Below, piece after piece: positions 9,151 through 17,101 of a stretch of DNA of 64,000 nt. The position numbers and the translations under genes were made by a program. The number at the start of each line of letters is the position of its first letter. The first letter of the stretch is position 1. Source of the stretch: an uncultured bacterium (GTDB lineage: Bacteria > Omnitrophota > Omnitrophia > Omnitrophales > Aquincolibacteriaceae). The stretch is taken from assembly GCA_964385615.1 (NCBI GenBank), contig CAYLPP010000005.1, positions 26,130 through 90,129 on the forward strand, read 5' to 3'. The notes below the pieces were generated by a model. The model ran no database searches. It was not told where the DNA came from and worked only from the letters and a program-made list of their open reading frames with translations.

Positions 9151-9645
9151 TTACTTCTTCACATACTCCATGACATTGCGGGAAGGAGCCGGCTGTTCTT
9201 CAAGGACAGGTTGACGAACCGGAGCCGCAACAGCGGGTGCCACTTCTTCTTGCGCGGGGGCCTCTTCTTCGAATTCAAGGCAGTTATCGTAGCTTTTCGA
9301 AACGGGAATACCATTAAAGCCCGGAACCCAGGAGGTTGCGATATCCAAAACGCCGGAAGTCGCGCGAAGGGCTGTGCAGCCGAGACCGCCGCCGAGACCC
9401 GTTAAGGTACCGATGAAAGCGGGACCTTCTTTGGTTCCATTGACAGTCTGAACGACTAAATCCACGAAGCAGGTAGCGGCATTCACAAGACCGCGGCCTA
9501 ACATCCCGCCGAATTTCTTTCCGTATTGGTCAGATTGAGCCATCGTCCAGATATCTTCCTTGGACTCAGCGGCAGAGGCTTGGGGAGGCAGAGAGACAGA
9601 AGCAAACGCGAGCACAAACGCCAGAAGTAAAGCGGCCTTTTTCAT
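9151..9645 (-). CDS. Small secreted protein, paralog of 6542..6925, with an acidic Pro/Ala-rich C-terminal tail
   Basis: Signal peptide ending SAAE. Shares MLGRGLVNAATCFVDL and TSGVLDIATSW blocks with the 6542..6925 protein. Confidence 0.55.
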   Translation of the reverse strand: MKKAALLLAFVLAFASVSLPPQASAAESKEDIWTMAQSDQYGKKFGGMLGRGLVNAATCFVDLVVQTVNGTKEGPAFIGTLTGLGGGLGCTALRATSGVLDIATSWVPGFNGIPVSKSYDNCLEFEEEAPAQEEVAPAVAAPVRQPVLEEQPAPSRNVMEYVKK

Positions 9646-9804
9646 TTAAAACTCCTTTGTTTTGAACGGGTAAAATATAACAAGCATGATTGCTGTTGGT
9701 TTTTCAGAATAGTACATTTGCCCTGGATGATCAACGTTTTTCTTTAACTCCTTATTATGAAGCAACTTAGGAGCTAATACGAATATAAAAATAAATAGCA
9801 ATAC

Positions 9805-9833
9805 TTGACTTTTTATAATAATAGTATTACATT
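9805..9833 (+). promoter_or_regulatory. Candidate sigma70-like promoter in the AT-rich region upstream of the HTH gene
   Basis: TTGACT at 9805-9810 with AT-rich downstream sequence (TATAAT-like hexamers at 9814-9828, spacing not ideal). SD-like AAGGACGAGG at 9884-9893, before ATG 9895. Confidence 0.25.
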
Positions 9834-9894
9834 TCTATCCAGATATATCAGATTAACTATCAACGATATAACAAAACTAATCAAGGACGAGGCC

Positions 9895-10107
9895 ATGGAA
9901 CAGCATAAATCAGAGCAGCCCAAAAGACCTGAACGTACGCAGATCATGACTCCAAAAGAAGCGGCCAAATATCTCGGTTTTCATTTGGTCACCATCTATC
10001 GCCTGCTGAAAAAACAGGAAATTCCCGCAACCAAGATCGGCGGTCAATGGCGCTTCAAGAAAGATGTTTTGGATGCCTGGCTGATGGACCGGATGAACAA
10101 GAAGTAA
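9895..10107 (+). CDS. Excisionase-family helix-turn-helix DNA-binding protein (HTH_17/AlpA-Xis-like)
   Basis: MTPKEAAKYLGFHLVTIYRLLKKQEIPATKIGGQWRFKKDVLDAWL is a canonical excisionase-type HTH. The start is taken at the Met with a good SD; the longer track ORF from 9805 lacks an RBS. Confidence 0.7.
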   Translation: MEQHKSEQPKRPERTQIMTPKEAAKYLGFHLVTIYRLLKKQEIPATKIGGQWRFKKDVLDAWLMDRMNKK

Positions 10108-10177
10108 TTCTCCGTCAGCTTAGTCAAAAAAACAAAACATTTTTCTCGAATCCGACTCATCTCGGAAAGGTTCCTTT

Positions 10178-10726
10178 ATGGATACCAAGGCGCTAGCCGT
10201 CCGTCCGCCTTCAGGCGTCGATGAAAAAAAGTGGTGCGCGACTCGTTGGTTCGCGGTTTACACGCGTTCCCGCCATGAAAAAATTGCCCAACGGGAGTTA
10301 AATAAAAAAGGCATTGAGACTTTTTTGCCTTTGCGCAAAGTTGTACGTCAATGGTCTGACCGCAAGAAAACTATCGAAGAACCCCTGTTTAAAGGTTATT
10401 TATTCGTTCATACGGCTCTTTCAGAACGCTGGACTGTGCTGAATTCAGTCGGCGTTGTCAGGTTTGTGACACAAGGCGCTGAACCCGCGGAAATTCCCGA
10501 AAAAGAGCTTTCCGCCATTCGTCTTTTTGTGGAAGAAAACATTCAAGTTGATCCATTCCCGTATCTCAAAGAAGGGGAACGGGTGTATGTGCGCTCCGGG
10601 CCGTTTAAAGGCGCGGAAGGTTTCGTAGTGCGTAAGGACAAGCATTGCCGTCTGATTATTTCACTCGATATGCTGATGCAGTCTGTGTCGGTGCTGATTG
10701 ATCAAGCGTGCGTTGAACCGGTCTGA
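10178..10726 (+). CDS. UpxY-family NusG-like transcription antiterminator (NGN + KOW)
   Basis: WFAVYTRSRHEKIAQRELNKKGIETFLPL and PLFKGYLFV form an NGN domain, and the C-terminal GERVYVRSGPFKGAEGFV is KOW-like. It sits at the head of the long co-directional glycan locus. Confidence 0.75.
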   Translation: MDTKALAVRPPSGVDEKKWCATRWFAVYTRSRHEKIAQRELNKKGIETFLPLRKVVRQWSDRKKTIEEPLFKGYLFVHTALSERWTVLNSVGVVRFVTQGAEPAEIPEKELSAIRLFVEENIQVDPFPYLKEGERVYVRSGPFKGAEGFVVRKDKHCRLIISLDMLMQSVSVLIDQACVEPV

Positions 10727-10812
10727 GTTTATGACCGCATAATTTCTAAGACCTTCGTAAGTCACGCCCTGTGACTGAGAGGGCGAAGCTGTGAGCAAGA
10801 GACCTCATTTCC

Positions 10813-11682
10813 TTGAAAAATAAAACACAAAATAGAGAAACTGCTGAAACGGTTATTGAAAGCCCTCAGCATTTCTTTTTGATTCCCTGGAGGGAAATCC
10901 TTCACTACAGGGATCTTCTATTTTTGTTTGTGCGCCGGGATTTTGTTTCGCGGTATAAGCAGACTATTTTGGGGCCTTTATGGTTCATCATTCAGCCCCT
11001 TGTGACGACTCTTGTCTTTACGATTGTTTTCGGACGTTTCACATCTATTTCCACCGGCCGGGTTCCGCAGGTGCTTTTTTATTTAAGCGGATTACTTGCT
11101 TGGGATTATTTCACGCTTTGTCTTTCAGGTACCGCGTATTGTTTAACTTCAAACATTCATTTATTTTCAAAAGTCTATTTCCCGCGCTTGATTGTTCCAA
11201 TTTCTCTTACGCTGTCGAATCTTCCCCGGTTAGGCCTCCAGCTTGTCATTTTTTCAGGGATTTATATTTACTGCGTAAAGCTGGGTGTGGTTCCCGTGTC
11301 TGTGCGTCCGACGGCTCTGATTTTTTTGCTGCCTGGACTTGTTTTTATGACGGCTCTGGCGGGATTAGGTCCTGGGCTTTGGGTTTCAGCGATGACGGTT
11401 AAATACCGCGATCTCCATCATCTGATTGGATTCTCAATTCAGCTTTGGATGTACGCAACGCCCGTGATTTACCCGCTGGAAACAGTTCCGGATTCCTGGA
11501 AATGGGTTCTTCTGCTCAACCCCATGACAGAGATACTCGAGTTGTACCGCCAGGCCTTTTTTGGAACCGGGGATGTCAGCTCCTTGGGTCTTGCGCTTTC
11601 CGGCGCAGTGATCACCGTTACGTTTTTAAGCGGACTGTATATGTTCAACCGGGTTCAGAGTACTTTTGTTGATACGATTTGA
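10813..11682 (+). CDS. wzm: ABC-2 type polysaccharide export permease (Wzm/TagG/KpsM-like)
   Basis: FVRRDFVSRYKQTILGPLWFIIQPL signature with six TM helices. Paralog of the C-terminal half of 29287..31032. Confidence 0.8.
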   Translation: MKNKTQNRETAETVIESPQHFFLIPWREILHYRDLLFLFVRRDFVSRYKQTILGPLWFIIQPLVTTLVFTIVFGRFTSISTGRVPQVLFYLSGLLAWDYFTLCLSGTAYCLTSNIHLFSKVYFPRLIVPISLTLSNLPRLGLQLVIFSGIYIYCVKLGVVPVSVRPTALIFLLPGLVFMTALAGLGPGLWVSAMTVKYRDLHHLIGFSIQLWMYATPVIYPLETVPDSWKWVLLLNPMTEILELYRQAFFGTGDVSSLGLALSGAVITVTFLSGLYMFNRVQSTFVDTI

Positions 11683-12866
11683 TGGCGGAGCCCTTAAAAT
11701 TCGTTTCAGATAAAACTCAGAAAATAGCGGAATTCGATGGGTTGAGAGGGATGGCGCTTTTAATGGTGGTGTTTCATCACTACAACCTTCATTCAAATTA
11801 CAGTTTGCCCATAAGTCAGTTTCTTCTCTCTGTCACAAATCTTTTTTCCATTGCCGTTGATTTCTTTTTTGCTTTATCAGGCTTTCTATTAACGAGAATT
11901 CTAATCGATCACCGCGAGTCCCCGAATCTTTTGAGGGTTTTTTTCATCCGCAGATTTTGCCGGATTGTTCCCGTTTATTATTTGCTGCTGATTTCCTATG
12001 CGCTTTTAATTCACACGAGTTTGGGTCGGATGGTTTTTTATCCCTCCGAGTTTTTGAAATGGGATCATTCCGTGAAATTTTACCTGTTATTTTTACAGAA
12101 TATTCCAATGGCCCTGCAGGGGTCTTTTATGCCGCCGTATTTGACGGTGACCTGGTCGTTGGCGGTTGAGGAACAGTTTTATCTTTTTCTCCCGTTTTTT
12201 ATTTTAATCGCCGGCTCAAAGAGACTTCCTTATGCTCTCGCGGGAATAATCACGGTTTCCGTTATTGCCCGGACGGCTATGATTGCTTTTAACCCATTTC
12301 ATTTTCCTAATCTTTGGTGGGCGGTTTATATTTCCCCTTTTTTAAGGATGGACACTCTTCTTTCAGGAGCCGTGGCCGCGGTTTTTACGCGGAAAGCAGG
12401 CTCGCTATCCTTTATTAGCAGAAATCAAAATTGGTTTTACGCTTATTTAGCCGGATTTTGGGCTTTGTTTTTTTTCTGGAGCTTCCGGCAGGATCAAATG
12501 ATTCTTTCCGTTGTGTCGACGGCTGGGTACTTCATTTTTTCCATAACGTCTTTTGTGATTATTTTATTAGTCGCTTCAGGGTCTTCGCCCGTCTGCGAAT
12601 TTCTGAGATTCCCGCTGTTCACGCATTTTGGCAAGTACTCTTACTTTATTTATCTTTTTCATATTCCAGCGCTGGGATTATTGCACGGACTGATTTTTCG
12701 GGTAAAAATTCCGCTAATCCAGGATTGGCCGACGATCGCGGTGACATTCCTTTCTTTTCTTATCGTATGGGCAGCCGCTCTTGTTTCGTGGAAACTGATC
12801 GAACGGCCGGCAATCCGTTTTGGGCATCGGTTCCAGTTTGAGCTGGGGAAGGCCGGTCTTTCGTGA
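11682..12866 (+). CDS. Acyltransferase family 3 membrane O-acyltransferase (OafA/YrhL-like)
   Basis: FDGLRGMALLMVVFHH N-terminal motif and about 10 TM helices. TGATG overlap with wzm. Confidence 0.75.
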   Translation: MAEPLKFVSDKTQKIAEFDGLRGMALLMVVFHHYNLHSNYSLPISQFLLSVTNLFSIAVDFFFALSGFLLTRILIDHRESPNLLRVFFIRRFCRIVPVYYLLLISYALLIHTSLGRMVFYPSEFLKWDHSVKFYLLFLQNIPMALQGSFMPPYLTVTWSLAVEEQFYLFLPFFILIAGSKRLPYALAGIITVSVIARTAMIAFNPFHFPNLWWAVYISPFLRMDTLLSGAVAAVFTRKAGSLSFISRNQNWFYAYLAGFWALFFFWSFRQDQMILSVVSTAGYFIFSITSFVIILLVASGSSPVCEFLRFPLFTHFGKYSYFIYLFHIPALGLLHGLIFRVKIPLIQDWPTIAVTFLSFLIVWAAALVSWKLIERPAIRFGHRFQFELGKAGLS

Positions 12867-14149
12867 AGCCCGTCGTTAAAGTTCAGAATGTTTCGAAGCT
12901 TTATTCAATCAAAGGAACTCAGACTAAAACTTTATCTGAGCTTTTTGGATGGAATCGCCGGCCTAGAACTTTCGCGCCTATTCAGCGTTCCGGGCAAATT
13001 GCTGAAGTTGGGCCTGAGCCCGGAACTTTTTGGGCGCTTAAAGATATTTCTTTTGAAGTTCAGCCGGGAGAAATTTTAGGAATTTTTGGAAAAAACGGGT
13101 CCGGAAAATCCACGTTGATGAAAATTCTTTCCCGCATTACGGCGCCGACTAAGGGCCGGGCTGTTTTGAAAGGACGCTTCATGTCTCTGCTTGAAGTCGG
13201 CACGGGATTTCATCCCGATTTGACCGGCCGCGAAAATATTTATCTCAACGCGGCCATTTTGGGGATGAGAAAATCAGAAGTGGATCTTAAGCTTGATGAA
13301 ATCATTGATTTTTCCCAGATTGGGTCATTTATCGATACGCCGGTTAAATTTTATTCCAGCGGGATGTATCTGAGGCTTGCCTTCAGCGTGGCGGCGCATC
13401 TTGAAACGGAAATTCTTATATTGGATGAAGTTTTATCCATTGGCGACCTCGATTTTCAGCAGAAATGCCTTCGGAGAATCCTGGATATTTCCCGCCAGGG
13501 GAAAACGATTATTTTTGTAAGCCACAGCATGCGGCATATTACCGACATTTGTTCGCGCGCCATCTATATATCCGGCGGTAAAGCCGCTGATGAAGGTGAT
13601 CCCGAAGATCTTGTTGAAAAGTATATTAGGGCGATTCAAAAAAACTCTACCGGCTCAACAGGCCCGATGGAGCATTTCACGCAATCCTCATTTTTCAAGA
13701 TTGAGAAAGCGGTAATTAAAAATTCGGATGGGGAAAATTCCGCGAATCTTTTATTTAAAGAACCCTTTACCGTTGATGTTGAGGTCAGCGTTTCTCAAAG
13801 TTTAAAAAATGTACGCATCGGCGCGGGTTTTGCCACCCTCAGCGAGACCTGGATCGGCCGGGTGCATCATCCTTCTGCCGAAAAGGAAAAACTCGATCTT
13901 GAGCCGGGCCGTTATCTGATTTCGTTTTCATTCTCAAATTGTTTATGGCCAGGTACGTATTACTTGGGGGTGGGGGCTCATCAAGCCGCGGATAAAGCAT
14001 CTGTGAGTCAAACCCTTGATTACATTCCAAGAGCCATGCGCTTTGCGGTTGAAGACATAGCGGGCAACTCCTCAATTCCTTCTCCGGCCCCGCATAATCA
14101 TGGGCTGGTTGCTTTGGAAGCTCAGAGCGGTTTAAAAAGGCTGAAATGA
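12863..14149 (+). CDS. wzt: Polysaccharide ABC exporter ATP-binding protein with a C-terminal carbohydrate-binding domain (Wzt/TagH-like)
   Basis: Walker A GKNGSGKST, signature YSSGM, Walker B ILILDE, and a roughly 170-aa C-terminal extension (…PGTYYLGVGAHQ…). GTGA overlap with the preceding gene. Confidence 0.85.
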   Translation: MKPVVKVQNVSKLYSIKGTQTKTLSELFGWNRRPRTFAPIQRSGQIAEVGPEPGTFWALKDISFEVQPGEILGIFGKNGSGKSTLMKILSRITAPTKGRAVLKGRFMSLLEVGTGFHPDLTGRENIYLNAAILGMRKSEVDLKLDEIIDFSQIGSFIDTPVKFYSSGMYLRLAFSVAAHLETEILILDEVLSIGDLDFQQKCLRRILDISRQGKTIIFVSHSMRHITDICSRAIYISGGKAADEGDPEDLVEKYIRAIQKNSTGSTGPMEHFTQSSFFKIEKAVIKNSDGENSANLLFKEPFTVDVEVSVSQSLKNVRIGAGFATLSETWIGRVHHPSAEKEKLDLEPGRYLISFSFSNCLWPGTYYLGVGAHQAADKASVSQTLDYIPRAMRFAVEDIAGNSSIPSPAPHNHGLVALEAQSGLKRLK

Positions 14150-14886
14150 GTTTGTTTTCCTTTTTTTCAAAGCAAAAAAAAACGGGGATTCAAAACGGCC
14201 GTTTTGAAAACTGGTTCCATGGCCTTTATGATCTCCCGGTAAAACTTCAATACACCGCCTGGCGTTACGGGCATTTAACGCACGATGAAATGCTCCTGCA
14301 GGTGGCCGCGCTGACACAATATTTAAAGCCTGGAAATGTTTTTGAGTTTGGAACTTTTGACGGGCGCACGACAGTAAATATTGCCTTAAACCTGGAAAAA
14401 AGCTCGAAGATTTACTCTCTGGATCTGCCTGACGATGTCTCTAGGGAGAATTTTCTGGAAAAAGAAAAAGATTATATGCAGCCCCAAATGACGAGGGCTC
14501 TTTTTTCTGAAAAGAAAATCGAATCTGAAGTCTTGAATAAAATCGAGCTTTTGCGCGCGGATTCAAAAGCTTTTGATTTTAGCCGCTTCTATACAAATAT
14601 CGATATGGTCCTCGTTGACGGCGGACATGACCGGATCACCGTAACGTCGGATTCCCTGAACGCTTTCCGGATGCTTCGGCCCGGAGGGGTTATTTTATGG
14701 GATGATTACAATGATTATTGGCCGGATGTTTTTGAGTTTATTAATAAGCTCTCGACCTTATTGCCGTTGTTGAGGGACGAGAGAACAGGGCTTGTGGCTT
14801 ATAAAAGTTCAAACGGCAAGAATATTGACTGGCGGGAAATAAATAAAATTCTAAAACCGGATGACCGGTTTCCGGAAAAATCATGA
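14146..14886 (+). CDS. Class I SAM-dependent methyltransferase (TylF/MycF-like O-methyltransferase fold)
   Basis: FEFGTFDGRTTVNIA and VLVDGGHD motifs. ATGA overlap with wzt. Confidence 0.65.
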   Translation: MSLFSFFSKQKKTGIQNGRFENWFHGLYDLPVKLQYTAWRYGHLTHDEMLLQVAALTQYLKPGNVFEFGTFDGRTTVNIALNLEKSSKIYSLDLPDDVSRENFLEKEKDYMQPQMTRALFSEKKIESEVLNKIELLRADSKAFDFSRFYTNIDMVLVDGGHDRITVTSDSLNAFRMLRPGGVILWDDYNDYWPDVFEFINKLSTLLPLLRDERTGLVAYKSSNGKNIDWREINKILKPDDRFPEKS

Positions 14887-15974
14887 AATCATCCAAGAGA
14901 AACATTTTGATTACCGGAGGATGCGGATTTGTGGGCCGGCATCTTCTCGCGAGGCTCAGCCGGGAAGCCGCGTCAGAGTTTTGGGTTGTGGATGACTTGA
15001 GCACGGGAAAACATCCTGAAACTTGGGAGTTTTTAAAATTATCCGCGATAACTTCCAAAAATTATCCCGGCGCAGAAACGTTTGAAATTTCGGGTACAAG
15101 TCACTCCTTGGTTTTTATCCGGGCGGACTTCATGTCAGTCACTTTGTCGGAATTAGGACGCCAGCCGGGTCTTGGAATTCCGCGGCTTCCTAAATTTGAT
15201 GAAATTTATCATTTGGCTTCGGTGGTCGGCGGGCGCGCTATGATCGACGGGGATCCGCTGATGGTCGGCATCGATTTAGGAATCGACGCCTGTTTTTTTC
15301 TCTGGGCTTCGAAAGTCAATAAGCCCGGGAGAATTTTATACGCCTCTTCCAGCGCGGCTTATCCCGTTTTCAGACAGACGGCGGATAAGGCACAGCCCCT
15401 GCGGGAAAGCGAAATTGATTTTTCAAAAGGTGTTTTCCAGCCGGACTACACCTACGGCTGGAGCAAGTTGACTGGGGAATATCTTGCCGGAATCGCCGCC
15501 GGAAAATATGGTTTAAAAGTAGCGGTGGTCCGGCCTTTTTCGGGATACGGTGAAGATCAGGACCTGACCTATCCGGTTCCCGCGATCGCGCTTCGTGTGG
15601 CCGCGCGGCAAAATCCGGTAAAAATATGGGGAAGCGGTGAGCAAAGCCGGGATTTTGTTTACATTGGAGATTGCGCGGAAGCCTGTGTCCGTGCCTGCCG
15701 AGGCATTGAGGACGGATCCGCGGTTAATATCGGCTCCGGGGTTTTGACATCTTTTAATCAGCTTGCAAGGCTGATGATGAAATTAGAAGGTTACCAGGGA
15801 AATATTCTCGGGGATGAAAACAAACCTGTCGGAGTTGCCAAGCGCTGCTGCGATCCAAAGCGGGTGCGGGAAAAACTTCAATGGGAGCCGGCTGTCACCC
15901 TGGAAGAAGGGATGGCGGGAGTTTTAAAAACGGCGCATCAGAGATTAAATTCGGGAATAAAAATTCCGGAATGA
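14883..15974 (+). CDS. NAD-dependent nucleotide-sugar epimerase/dehydratase (extended SDR)
   Basis: N-terminal ILITGGCGFVGRHL Rossmann motif and a YxxxK region (YGWSK). Confidence 0.7.
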   Translation: MKSSKRNILITGGCGFVGRHLLARLSREAASEFWVVDDLSTGKHPETWEFLKLSAITSKNYPGAETFEISGTSHSLVFIRADFMSVTLSELGRQPGLGIPRLPKFDEIYHLASVVGGRAMIDGDPLMVGIDLGIDACFFLWASKVNKPGRILYASSSAAYPVFRQTADKAQPLRESEIDFSKGVFQPDYTYGWSKLTGEYLAGIAAGKYGLKVAVVRPFSGYGEDQDLTYPVPAIALRVAARQNPVKIWGSGEQSRDFVYIGDCAEACVRACRGIEDGSAVNIGSGVLTSFNQLARLMMKLEGYQGNILGDENKPVGVAKRCCDPKRVREKLQWEPAVTLEEGMAGVLKTAHQRLNSGIKIPE

Positions 15975-17080
15975 TAAAAAAAGAAAAATCTTTCGCCGTT
16001 GTCACGACAACGATCCGTATTCCGGAACTCTTGAGACGTTACGCTCAAGATGCCCGTGATTTTAAACGGAAAATCGAGCAATTTGTGATTGCCGGGGATC
16101 GAAAAACCCCCGATGGTGTCCGTGATTTTTGCGCGCGGCTTTCTGAAGAATTTCAAATTCCTTTTGTTTATCTTTCCGCGCAGGATCAAGATAATTATTT
16201 AAAAACCCGGCCGCGGCTTAAAGAATTTCTTCCCTGGAATTGCATTCAGCGCCGGAATGCCGCCGTGCTTTACGCGTATGACAAAGGTGAAGCCGACATT
16301 ATCGTGACGCTGGATGATGATAATTTTATCTCCCATTCTGATTATTTCGGATGTCACGCCCATATCGGAGACGAGGATGAGGTTGAAGCTGTGAGCTCTT
16401 CGGCTGGATGGTGGAACATTTGTGAAATGCTGGAAGAGAGTAAGGGCCGGTATTTTTATCACAGGGGATACCCGCTTTCAAAACGCTGGCCAAGGGATGA
16501 AAAAATCAAAGTTCAAAAAATCCGGGCTTGCGCGGTGGTTAACGCCGGGCTCTGGCTTGATGATCCGGACGTGGATGCTCTGACCCGCTTGTCTTTTCCC
16601 GTCCGGGCTTCGCGCAGAAGCTCCCTTTTTAGAAACCGCGTAGCCTGCGCTCCGGGAACCTGGTCTCCGTTCAATTCACAAAATACAGCATTGGCCCGCG
16701 AAGTGATTCCGGCCTACTTTTTATTTCCGTATATCGGCCGGTATGATGATATTTGGGCGAGCTATGTCGTTCGGGCGATCGCGGATTATTTGGGAGACGT
16801 AGTGACTTATGGAACTCCGGTGGTCCGTCAAAAGCGTAACCCGCATGATTATTTTAAAGATTTTGACGACGAGCGTTTCGGTTTAACGCACAACGACGTT
16901 TTTTTGAAAGCGCTGACTGCCTGCCGGTTTCAAGGGAAAACGTACCGCGATTGTTTTGCCGAAATTGCCGAGCAGTTTCCCGCCCGGATCCATGAAGCTT
17001 GCAGGTCTTTAAAAAAAGACGCGGCGATTTTCGAGAAAGTCGTTGAAGCCATGAAAATTTGGAAAGAAACGTTTCGATGA
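15971..17080 (+). CDS. Reversibly-glycosylated-polypeptide (RGP/GT75) family protein, UDP-arabinopyranose mutase-like
   Basis: Blocks match plant RGP/UAM: VVTTTIR, TLDDDNF (DDD motif), HRGYPLS, GLWLDDPDVDALTRL, IGRYDDIWASYVVRAIADYLG. ATGA overlap with the SDR gene. The longer track ORF from 15881 runs through the SDR 3' end. Confidence 0.6.
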   Translation: MIKKEKSFAVVTTTIRIPELLRRYAQDARDFKRKIEQFVIAGDRKTPDGVRDFCARLSEEFQIPFVYLSAQDQDNYLKTRPRLKEFLPWNCIQRRNAAVLYAYDKGEADIIVTLDDDNFISHSDYFGCHAHIGDEDEVEAVSSSAGWWNICEMLEESKGRYFYHRGYPLSKRWPRDEKIKVQKIRACAVVNAGLWLDDPDVDALTRLSFPVRASRRSSLFRNRVACAPGTWSPFNSQNTALAREVIPAYFLFPYIGRYDDIWASYVVRAIADYLGDVVTYGTPVVRQKRNPHDYFKDFDDERFGLTHNDVFLKALTACRFQGKTYRDCFAEIAEQFPARIHEACRSLKKDAAIFEKVVEAMKIWKETFR

Positions 17081-17101
17081 AAAACATTTCCTTTTAAAAT
17101 C

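Noticed and set aside
9895-10107. Excisionase-family HTH gene as evidence of a prophage or ICE boundary
   Set aside because: No integrase, att-like direct repeats, tRNA target or phage structural genes are present anywhere in the window. The gene sits directly in front of the NusG-like regulator, which favours a regulatory role. The AT-rich tract could still mark an old horizontal-transfer junction.
10727-10812. RfaH-type ops element (GGCGGTAGnnTG) in the leader between the NusG paralog and wzm
   Set aside because: I scanned the leader and the 9650-10180 region and found no match. There is only a small GTCAC…GTGAC inverted repeat. UpxY-type regulators may use a different, uncharacterised recruitment signal.
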